Virus record (IMG/VR): IMGVR_UViG_3300021400_000055
Span: 12,908-76,907 of that record
Length of the DNA: 64,000 nucleotides
Source: a virus
Lineage: Duplodnaviria > Heunggongvirae > Uroviricota > Caudoviricetes
Strand: one strand, 5' to 3'
The notes below the pieces were generated by a model. The model was not told the DNA's origin. It was given only the letters and a program-made list of their open reading frames with translations, and made no database searches. Shown here piece after piece: positions 56,358 through 64,000 of the stretch (the stretch's first letter is position 1; the number at the start of each line of letters is the position of its first letter). Made by a program: the position numbers and the translations under genes.

Positions 56358-56864
56358 TTATTTCTCCTTTTTATATTTTAAATCATCTGCAATATCTTCG
56401 AGTTTACGTTTTAATGTTTTCACATCTTCTTTTAGATCTTTTATGTCTTTACTGTTCACATTTTTAAGTTGATCTTTTAAATCTTCTCCTGTTATAAATT
56501 TGTTATCCATATCTTTTAATTGCTTTTCAAAATCAGTTTCTGTTACATATTTTGATTTAGTTTCTTCATTTTCAATCATAGGTTTATATATGATTACTTT
56601 ACTAGTACCATCTTGCTGTAATTGTTTAGTTATAATCGCTGTGCCATCTGTTAATGGGAAATAACTAACACTTCCATCATAAGGAATATCAGTAGCTTTT
56701 ACGACATCTAAACTATCCACAACCTTCCCTTGTAAAGAATTTTGTGGTCTATACATTGATTGATTTTGTCTTGTTTGTTGTAATTGTGGAAATTGCTGAT
56801 TATAATTAAGATATGGATTGTTATATGGATTATATGAATTATATGAATTATAAGCTTCGTACAT
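56358..56864 (-). CDS. protein with N/Q/Y-rich low-complexity N-terminus
   Basis: MYEAYNSYNSYNPYNNPYLNYNQQFPQLQQTRQNQ. Confidence 0.4.
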   Translation of the reverse strand: MYEAYNSYNSYNPYNNPYLNYNQQFPQLQQTRQNQSMYRPQNSLQGKVVDSLDVVKATDIPYDGSVSYFPLTDGTAIITKQLQQDGTSKVIIYKPMIENEETKSKYVTETDFEKQLKDMDNKFITGEDLKDQLKNVNSKDIKDLKEDVKTLKRKLEDIADDLKYKKEK

Positions 56865-56925
56865 AATTTCAACCTCCTATTATTTTAATAATTTTATTTT
56901 ATATGAATTTAAAACAAATCGTCAG

Positions 56926-56960
56926 ACGGACTGAACAAAAAAAATATAGAGAAATCAAAT
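56926..56960 (-). terminator. rho-independent terminator (minus strand)
   Basis: tatagagaa-atcaaa-ttctctata with A8 on plus strand (= U8 on minus) immediately after gene end. Confidence 0.5.
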
Positions 56961-56963
56961 TCT

Positions 56964-57536
56964 CTATATTCCACAATATAACCTGATTGCAAACGCTAGC
57001 TTATCCAAATGTTCTACTATTCTTGGATTGTCCATATCTAATAATTCAGACATTTCACTAAACGTTTTACCATCTTTAAATTTATACTTATAAATCAAGT
57101 ATTCTAAATTATTTCTTTCCTTAATCTTATGCTCAAATTCCAATAACTTATCATTTAACTCATTGTATTTTACAAATTCTATAATATCTTGATACTTACT
57201 AGGTTCATTACTATTTTTCCACAAATACATATCCATTATATTTGACCTACCTGTCATAATAAATGCAGCGAAAATAGCAAATGTAATTGATACTACTAAA
57301 TCAACCTTTAATAAAACAAATAAGCTCAACATTACCAATGCACTCCACACTAAGCATCTATACCAAGTTTTAAAATGAAGTGGTTTACCGAAAAAACCTC
57401 TAGTTATCATAAAAGATAACATCACCAGAACGATATAGTTGATGGGTAACTTCAATAGTACACCCATCAACACAATGATTACTGTTTCTGCAATATTGAA
57501 GATAAGACTAGGGAAAATTTTTTTAAATTTTTCCAT
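56964..57536 (-). CDS. membrane protein (3 N-terminal TM helices)
   Basis: hydrophobic N-terminal half. Confidence 0.45.
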   Translation of the reverse strand: MEKFKKIFPSLIFNIAETVIIVLMGVLLKLPINYIVLVMLSFMITRGFFGKPLHFKTWYRCLVWSALVMLSLFVLLKVDLVVSITFAIFAAFIMTGRSNIMDMYLWKNSNEPSKYQDIIEFVKYNELNDKLLEFEHKIKERNNLEYLIYKYKFKDGKTFSEMSELLDMDNPRIVEHLDKLAFAIRLYCGI

Positions 57537-57597
57537 ATCTTATTCTCCTTCTTCTACATCATAAAAGAAAAACCAACTTCTCCATGGTTCCATAATA

Positions 57598-58152
57598 TCA
57601 CCTCCAAATTAAATAAATTATAATATAACTATTTATAATGAAAAACATTACATTAAATAAAATTAAATTTATACATCTAAACGTAGTCGATTTTATTGGT
57701 TTTGGTATTTTATCATTTCTGTTCCAAAATTTCTTGTACATATTTCGAATTTTGTATAATTTATTACTAATAAAATGTAAAACAATAAATAACAACAATT
57801 TTTGTACAGCATTTCCAATAATAATGTCAGTGATAAATGTAGATAATACAAAATAACATATTCCGGAAATAATCATAAGTAATATACTTGCTATACCTAA
57901 TGTAAATATATCTGTTATTTGTGATTTCTCGTGATATAGTATTTTGAGTATAATATATGTTATTACAAAATATAATACGTGAGACCAGATAGTCATAGGA
58001 GTAAAATTAAATAATAAAATATATTCTATTATCATTAAAATTGTAAATAATATCTGTTTCTTATCTAATCTCTTTGCAAATATCATAAATAATGCAAAAT
58101 ATATTGCTTCTGGTATTTGTCCTAGAAATAATTCCAGTAAGTTCATTTTCAT
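57598..58152 (-). CDS. polytopic membrane protein
   Basis: 5-6 predicted TM helices. Confidence 0.45.
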   Translation of the reverse strand: MKMNLLELFLGQIPEAIYFALFMIFAKRLDKKQILFTILMIIEYILLFNFTPMTIWSHVLYFVITYIILKILYHEKSQITDIFTLGIASILLMIISGICYFVLSTFITDIIIGNAVQKLLLFIVLHFISNKLYKIRNMYKKFWNRNDKIPKPIKSTTFRCINLILFNVMFFIINSYIIIYLIWR

Positions 58153-58295
58153 TTATTCTCCCTCTTTGTTTAAGCCTGGTCTTAATATTATATATTATAT
58201 ATCAAAAATATGATTTTGTAAACAATTTAGTTGTAGTAACCCTTCTATCATAAATACATTTACATTCGCATCATTGTTGCTTGTTGCTAAATTCT

Positions 58296-59345
58296 CTATC
58301 CGTTCATTTGTTCCACCGTTCTTTGTACATTTTTTTCTAACTCCTCATAAGAGAAATCTTTTTTAGGTTTTGAAAACATTAGCTCAATGAATTGCTCTAA
58401 TGTCTGTTTAAAAATTATTCCTTGTAAATGCACGCTTTTACTGTCTAAAGCTTTTGTATATATATTTTTATACGTGTCTTTAGAAATATAATCTTGAATT
58501 TGCTTATAGTAATCATAATAAAACTTTCGAGATAAATCTTCAATTGCTACTAATGTTTCTTCAGGTACATTTTTTGCTAAGGCGATGTTATAATAAATAA
58601 AGCAAGAAAACGCAGTTTCAAGAGCTGGTAATGCTATATTTTTTAGAGGTACTCCCTCTCTTAAGGCTACATCATACGCATGGTGTAAATTGAAAATATA
58701 ACCAGGAGTACATATACCAAATTCATACTCATCTTTTCCTCTCCTAGTTATAGATTTTTGATTATAGTGCCACTCATACGTAGGAATATTCAAGACTTTT
58801 CCACCCTCTACTCCCATCTCGTATTGAGCAATAAGATTACACATATTATTAAATCCAACATCTTCGTTTGCTCGAGTACTTGTAAATCGAATATCGTGCT
58901 GTTGTAAAAACGTTCTTCTGTATATGTGCCCAAAGACCCAAACCAAATTAGCATTAGTAGTGCTTCTCTGTCCAATCTCTTTTCCAATTTGTATGAAAGG
59001 AGAGATAATAAATTTTGCATTAGTGTCCAATAAAGGTTTGTGTAACATTTGTAACGAGCAAGCTTCATAAAAAGTGTCGTCAGCATCTATAAACGTGATA
59101 AAATCTTCTTTTGTATTGTCTATACCATATTGCCTAGCATATCCTGGGCCCCTATTTTCTTCATAACCAATCTCTTGTATGTCAATTAGTGGTTTAAAGA
59201 TCTCTACAATTTCTTTATAATCTTTTCCTCCATCATTAACAATAGTTACTTTTAATTCATTTCTATTTAATTGCATTGCTATACTAGCAAGAGTTCTAAT
59301 TATTGTATCTTGATTATTATAAGCGGGTATAATTACATCTATCAT
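58296..59345 (-). CDS. family 2 glycosyltransferase
   Basis: N-terminal IIPAYNNQDTIIRTLASI and DADD (DxD) motif characteristic of GT-A fold GT2. Confidence 0.7.
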   Translation of the reverse strand: MIDVIIPAYNNQDTIIRTLASIAMQLNRNELKVTIVNDGGKDYKEIVEIFKPLIDIQEIGYEENRGPGYARQYGIDNTKEDFITFIDADDTFYEACSLQMLHKPLLDTNAKFIISPFIQIGKEIGQRSTTNANLVWVFGHIYRRTFLQQHDIRFTSTRANEDVGFNNMCNLIAQYEMGVEGGKVLNIPTYEWHYNQKSITRRGKDEYEFGICTPGYIFNLHHAYDVALREGVPLKNIALPALETAFSCFIYYNIALAKNVPEETLVAIEDLSRKFYYDYYKQIQDYISKDTYKNIYTKALDSKSVHLQGIIFKQTLEQFIELMFSKPKKDFSYEELEKNVQRTVEQMNG

Positions 59346-59361
59346 TTCATAACACCTCTTT

Positions 59362-61710
59362 TTAATATGTCCAACCAGCTTCTGATAATTCTGTCCATCG
59401 ATTTTGATAACGTGTATTTGTAATATTTGTTCCAGAAAATGGACTAGAGTAATTGCTAGTCATCAGATTCTTATAAACTGAAACATTACTATTGAGACAC
59501 ATGTTAATGATATTTTGAATAGAAGAATCGGATAACTTATTACAATTAGCAAATGTTCTTTCAAGAGATCTAAGATTAGATACGTCATATTCTTGTACAT
59601 TTTGCAGATTAGTACAATTGTCAAACATAGAATACATGCCTATAACATTTGAAGCATTAAAATCTGGTGCAGTCACCAAATTAGAACATCCACTAAACAT
59701 AGACCTCAAATTCGTAGCACCAATAGCTAAATTCGATACTGATCGCAGATTGTAACATCCCTCAAACATCCATGCCACATCTGCCTCACTTCCAATGATT
59801 ATATTTGAAACAGAACTTAATCCAACACAATTAGTGAACATACCCAACATATTGGTTACATTAGAACCATCCCAATTGTTCAAAGAAGTCAACTTATTAC
59901 AATGGATGAACATATAAGACATATCAGTGACATTAGAGGTATCGAAATTCGGTTGAGTTGTAAGATTTACACAGTAACTAAACATATATGCCATATTTGT
60001 TACATTAGATGTATCATAATCAGACACAGAGGTGAGATTTCCACAATTGTAAAACATACTACTCATATCTGTCACATTAAGAGTATTAAAATTTGGAGAA
60101 GATTGTAAATTTTTACAACTATCAAACATCCTTTGGGTGCTATAAACCTGAGATGTGTCCAGATTACTGATATCTACTGAAACTACATTACATCCCCTAA
60201 ATTCATTGACTAATAAGAATAAATCTCCTGTTCCAGAAACATTAATAGATGGGGCATTGTTATATGTAGTACGTAATGCTAGTCTTAAAGTATTTCCATA
60301 AATATCGTAATCTTCGCCTTTGTCAAGAGGAGTATCATTAATAAGATATTGGTTTGACCAACCTTGGGTATTCGGATTACAATCCAAGTAACCTTTATTA
60401 AATAAAATTTCTTTGTCTACTTGTGAAAATCTATCCGAAGTAATACCAACATTGTAAACTAAAGAATTGTTTATCTGAGAAGCAATTGGCATCATATTAG
60501 CAATCGTTGAAAGAGATTTATCACTTAGATTATTGCAATTGTTAAACATCCTCGAAACATTTGTCACATTAGACAAATTTATGAAAGGAAGATTAACGAG
60601 ATTGGATGAACCAGCAAAGAATCCAGCCATATTTGTAATATCGTCAATTGGTGTAAGATTACTCATACTTTCATAAATCGTAACTCGATGTCGAATTTGC
60701 TCCTCATTTAGATTTGTCATCACATTCAATGTACCCTGTTCAACACCTTGTTTACCAATAAAAATGTTCCCATAAACATCTTCTGGGATAGCTGACAATT
60801 GAGTGATAGGAATAACATAATTTTGTAAAGAAGAACTATATTGAAACAATCCATCAAATTCGCCAGTTTTAATTTTCATAAATTCTCCATAAATGCTCTT
60901 CCACGCATAAGAACTACTGCTCATACGCTGATAGAATTTAAGAGGTGTTCCAAAATCAATCTCGTCTCCAGAGATAGTTCCAGTTGGTCCTTTAAATTCC
61001 GTTCGATGATAATTAGTCCCGTTCGAACTCTCATAAGTGATAGAATAAGAGCCAAGAGGGGTACTTCCATGTAAATATAATTCATATTTTGAGAGAGTTC
61101 CATATATACGAGGAGCGCCCGAAGGATAGCTAGCGGGTGGGTTCTCAATTCGAAAATCCAAATTAGAAGTAGTTCTTACAGCGGAACTTAACGTTACCGT
61201 TGAAGGAAAAGAGCATTTCTGAAAAACGATGTTTTCAGTCAGATTAGCTAACTCTGTATTATATACAATTGCTAAATTTCCATCTTCTGGGTCTGGATCG
61301 GATTGCATTGACTCAATTGTAGTAAACAATTTTACATCTCCAGAACCACCTTGTTGTGGAACATTAACTTGGAGATTAACTTCGCTAAAACCATCATAAC
61401 CCGTATCTGGAAGTAATGTAACGTTTCCATTAGATGTAACAGATACTGTTTTAGATTGTAATTGTTTTATCGGAACGTTAACCGTGATTGCAACTTGGTC
61501 CATCGCATCAAAACCAGTGTCGGGAGTCAATGTCGTTTGACCATTTTGAGTTATTGTAAGAGTTTTTTGTTGATATATTCCTGCTGTTTCAATACTTAAT
61601 ATTTCGGTATCAAACTCAGAAGCTGGAATAGGTGTGTTATCTCCAGTCTTTTGTTTGATAGCAGAAGAAACATCATTTAAAAAATTTGTTAAACTATTAA
61701 TTCTAGCCAC
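59362..61710 (-). CDS. BspA-type leucine-rich repeat protein with conserved N-terminal anchor domain
   Basis: about 12 repeats of (M/F)FxxCxxLxxVxxxDTSNVTxMxx; N-terminal 80 aa paralogous to ORF 63211..63603. Confidence 0.6.
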   Translation of the reverse strand: MARINSLTNFLNDVSSAIKQKTGDNTPIPASEFDTEILSIETAGIYQQKTLTITQNGQTTLTPDTGFDAMDQVAITVNVPIKQLQSKTVSVTSNGNVTLLPDTGYDGFSEVNLQVNVPQQGGSGDVKLFTTIESMQSDPDPEDGNLAIVYNTELANLTENIVFQKCSFPSTVTLSSAVRTTSNLDFRIENPPASYPSGAPRIYGTLSKYELYLHGSTPLGSYSITYESSNGTNYHRTEFKGPTGTISGDEIDFGTPLKFYQRMSSSSYAWKSIYGEFMKIKTGEFDGLFQYSSSLQNYVIPITQLSAIPEDVYGNIFIGKQGVEQGTLNVMTNLNEEQIRHRVTIYESMSNLTPIDDITNMAGFFAGSSNLVNLPFINLSNVTNVSRMFNNCNNLSDKSLSTIANMMPIASQINNSLVYNVGITSDRFSQVDKEILFNKGYLDCNPNTQGWSNQYLINDTPLDKGEDYDIYGNTLRLALRTTYNNAPSINVSGTGDLFLLVNEFRGCNVVSVDISNLDTSQVYSTQRMFDSCKNLQSSPNFNTLNVTDMSSMFYNCGNLTSVSDYDTSNVTNMAYMFSYCVNLTTQPNFDTSNVTDMSYMFIHCNKLTSLNNWDGSNVTNMLGMFTNCVGLSSVSNIIIGSEADVAWMFEGCYNLRSVSNLAIGATNLRSMFSGCSNLVTAPDFNASNVIGMYSMFDNCTNLQNVQEYDVSNLRSLERTFANCNKLSDSSIQNIINMCLNSNVSVYKNLMTSNYSSPFSGTNITNTRYQNRWTELSEAGWTY

Positions 61711-61723
61711 GATTTATCCTCCT

Positions 61724-62260
61724 TTATTTTATTTGTATCCAATCTGTACCATCCCCATAGTAAGTCGCCAAGTCTTTAATCAAAGTCTGATTTTCTGCAT
61801 CCCACAAATTGACATCGTTAAATCTTTGATAAATTTTTCCATTTACAACTTTTTCATTTTGATAGATTGGTGTAATATAAGTTCCCATTCTACCATCTGT
61901 CGAATAAATAATTAATGTGTTATTTTCTAAATCTGTATAGTCTTTATCTTGGACAATTATACCCATTTGATTGTTCGCATTTGCTGTTGTCCCCGAGGTT
62001 ATACCACCGAAAAACAATATAATATTACCACTATTTAATTTAAAATTACAAATTGGCACACCTTGTACACTGTGAACAGTTGAAGAAAATGGATTAGTAG
62101 TTGTAATTCTTTTGTATTCACTTGTACCTAATTTCAACCAACCCCATTGGTATTTATCACCTGATTGAACTATGATACCACTAGATATATTAGTAGTGGA
62201 ATCACTACCGTGCAAAAACATAAAGTTTATTATCGACAAGAATTTCTCCACCCATACCAT
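61724..62260 (-). CDS. hypothetical protein
   Basis: ORF overlapping next by 56 nt. Confidence 0.35.
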   Translation of the reverse strand: MVWVEKFLSIINFMFLHGSDSTTNISSGIIVQSGDKYQWGWLKLGTSEYKRITTTNPFSSTVHSVQGVPICNFKLNSGNIILFFGGITSGTTANANNQMGIIVQDKDYTDLENNTLIIYSTDGRMGTYITPIYQNEKVVNGKIYQRFNDVNLWDAENQTLIKDLATYYGDGTDWIQIK

Positions 62261-63209
62261 TAACAGTTACTGACGACGCACTATTACCACTGACCAGATA
62301 TGCATAAGGACTAATACTAGACCAACTATCTGTAGCGATATTATAACGTTGAAAATAATACGAACCATATGCGCTATACGGTGCTGAATAAACATAATTA
62401 CTATAATACACTATACCATTATATCCAAGAGCAAGACTACTTGTAGATAAAGATGTATAGGTGTCTGTTGATATAGTGTATTTATAATGGTAATAACTAG
62501 CAGTAATATAAATATTATCCTCTTCATCATACGCACAACCAAGACCTTTATTGACAATATTTGAATATGCGGTTGGTAAATCTGCAATTCTTTCCCATGT
62601 ATCATTAACCGTATCATACTTATATGAATATTGTCTATAGTCAGCGTTCACTCCATATGCTGTTCCAAAAATATAAATATAATCTCCAACCCAAACAGCT
62701 TTAACTCCACCCTGGGGAGTAGGACAATCACTAAGTTGTGTCCAAGTATTAGTGTCAAAATCATATTTCCAATGTCTATGAACTAATTGTGTTGTTTCAT
62801 CAGAAGATGCTGAACTATGATAGCCAAAAAAATGAACCACGTTTCCTTTCTGAGCATAAGTTGCACCATGTAAGTCTAAATCATTATTAGTACGATTAGC
62901 AATAGGATTACTTGGGTCAGTGGTATCAGCATTCGAAAACACAATAGAACCATCCGTTACATATCTTTCGTTTTCAATATAAATATCCTCATAAGTTTTA
63001 TCAGTATTTATCCAAATCCCATTGGGGTCTTCAGGAGTAGTATCTTGTAAATAAATAGCAGTACCAATATTACCTCCCTCTATTGTGACGGGACGTAAAC
63101 CACCTTGAACACCCATACAATTTACACCATAACGTAAATTATTAGCTGTAAGTTTTGTATTCTTCTCAGATTGTATATTCTTTAAAACGCTTTCTAAGTT
63201 TACACTCAT
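62205..63209 (-). CDS. Kelch/beta-propeller-like repeat protein
   Basis: recurring ...VYxFGG...YDxxTxTW... blocks (YIYIFGTAY, YDTVNDTWERIADLP, YDFDTNTWTQLSDCP). Confidence 0.45.
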   Translation of the reverse strand: MSVNLESVLKNIQSEKNTKLTANNLRYGVNCMGVQGGLRPVTIEGGNIGTAIYLQDTTPEDPNGIWINTDKTYEDIYIENERYVTDGSIVFSNADTTDPSNPIANRTNNDLDLHGATYAQKGNVVHFFGYHSSASSDETTQLVHRHWKYDFDTNTWTQLSDCPTPQGGVKAVWVGDYIYIFGTAYGVNADYRQYSYKYDTVNDTWERIADLPTAYSNIVNKGLGCAYDEEDNIYITASYYHYKYTISTDTYTSLSTSSLALGYNGIVYYSNYVYSAPYSAYGSYYFQRYNIATDSWSSISPYAYLVSGNSASSVTVNGMGGEILVDNKLYVFAR

Positions 63210-63210
63210 A

Positions 63211-63603
63211 TTATACAGCTCCTTTCAAGATTTTTAATGCTCGTTGTAAACAAATTTGCTCATCATCAATTGTAAAATTAGCCGTTTCACTATCGTCTGG
63301 AACGCTTGGATTGTAAATATCATCGGCGATAGCAAATAGCTCAGCATAAGTAGCATCAGCAGTTCCAACATTTATATTTAGTCGTAATTTCTCCATTGCG
63401 TCATACCCAGTGTCGGGGGTTATCTCATAATTACCATTTGTTGTAATATTCATTTGTTTATCTTGATACACCCCTTGACTTGGTAGATTCGTTATTTCAA
63501 GATCGAAATTAGCTGCTGGAATAGAAGTACTATCACCCTTTTTAGCTTTGATAGCAGTTGCCACATCTGTTAAAAAATCAGATAAACTATTAATTCTAGC
63601 CAT
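63211..63603 (-). CDS. protein consisting of the shared N-terminal anchor domain only
   Basis: MARINSLSDFLTDVATAIKAKKGDSTSIPAANFDLEI vs MARINSLTNFLNDVSSAIKQKTGDNTPIPASEFDTEI of the LRR protein; 5' 21 nt identical at DNA level. Confidence 0.5.
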   Translation of the reverse strand: MARINSLSDFLTDVATAIKAKKGDSTSIPAANFDLEITNLPSQGVYQDKQMNITTNGNYEITPDTGYDAMEKLRLNINVGTADATYAELFAIADDIYNPSVPDDSETANFTIDDEQICLQRALKILKGAV

Positions 63604-63621
63604 AACGATTTCTCCCTTCTA

Positions 63622-64000
63622 TCACGCAACAGTCCATCCAGCATCTAAAAATGCTTGATAATTTGACAGGTTTTCGTATCTTGAAACTGGATAAACAGTT
63701 GTATAAAGACCTAACCCATATAATTTTTTTGTACCATTATTCAAAGTTAGACAACTAGCTAAAATATTATTTAAACTATCGTCAGATAACAATGGACAAT
63801 CTCTAAACATTTCAGACACATTAACAGCACTACTCCAATCAAATTGTGGAACAGTCGTTAATTTTCGACAATAATTAAACATCTTTTGTAAATAAACTGC
63901 TTTGCTGGTGTCTAATTGTGGCACAGATGTTAAATTTATACAATTATCAAACATACTTTGCATATTGGTAACATTACTTGTATTTAATTTAGGTACAAAA
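63622..64000 (-). CDS. BspA-type LRR protein, C-terminal part (gene continues beyond window)
   Basis: MFDNCINLTSVPQLDTSKAV / MFNYCRKLTTVPQFDWSSAV repeats; C-terminal ...FLDAGWTVA like ...LSEAGWTY of the 782 aa paralogue. Confidence 0.45.
   Translation of the reverse strand, partial: FVPKLNTSNVTNMQSMFDNCINLTSVPQLDTSKAVYLQKMFNYCRKLTTVPQFDWSSAVNVSEMFRDCPLLSDDSLNNILASCLTLNNGTKKLYGLGLYTTVYPVSRYENLSNYQAFLDAGWTVA

Noticed and set aside
1-64000. CRISPR array
   Set aside because: No regularly spaced direct repeats of 24-40 bp were seen; the repeated motifs found are irregularly spaced 11-13-mers.
1-64000. Integrase, attP or a lysogeny module
   Set aside because: No tyrosine or serine recombinase motifs were seen in any ORF, and no CI-like repressor with a peptidase S24 domain. 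The element appears virulent, or the lysogeny genes lie outside the window.
59362-64000. Diversity-generating retroelement targeting the LRR/Kelch cassette
   Set aside because: No reverse transcriptase ORF and no template or variable repeat pair with adenine-specific mismatches. The paralogues differ throughout, not at A positions only.

Overview
This 64 kb window is AT-rich (roughly 30% GC) and is densely packed with short genes on both strands, with conserved motifs typical of a tailed dsDNA phage of a low-GC Gram-positive host. No integrase, portal, holin or endolysin could be recognised in the window, and the structural module runs off the right edge. The layout is as follows.

- **1..4.2 kb (+):** a vWA-domain protein, a ribosomal protein bS6 homologue and a RuvB-like AAA+ ATPase. 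These are followed by a repeat-dense 1 kb non-coding region with iteron-like repeats and a ribbon-helix-helix (RHH) regulator.
- **4.2..13.3 kb (-):** a replication and DNA-modification block. It holds a PD-(D/E)xK exonuclease, a DPPY DNA methyltransferase, a primase-polymerase/D5-type helicase and a C5-cytosine methyltransferase. Unusually, a frameshifted terminase large subunit and two HNH endonuclease genes, one of them frameshifted, sit in the same block.
- **13.6..37 kb (+):** an early-gene block driven by near-consensus sigma70 promoters. Recognisable products are a family B DNA polymerase, a ParB-like nuclease, an SNF2 helicase and a VRR-NUC nuclease. There is also an RNA-repair-like trio of calcineurin-type phosphoesterase, RNA ligase and HAD phosphatase. 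A tRNA array of seven confidently folding tRNAs (Gln, Thr, Trp, Glu, Ser, Tyr, Lys) is interleaved with a flotillin/SPFH protein and several structured non-coding spacers.
- **37.8..64 kb (-):** the structural module. It contains a major capsid protein, head-tail proteins, a major tail protein, an overlapping chaperone pair, a 1692 aa tape measure protein, and a 1275 aa tail fibre with Listeria-Bacteroides-type repeats. Upstream of these lie glycine-zipper and Q/N-rich proteins, a GT2 glycosyltransferase with membrane proteins, and a cassette of paralogous LRR/Kelch proteins that share one N-terminal domain.

A palindromic motif, CTGTTCAC/GTGAACAG, recurs in intergenic regions across the window.
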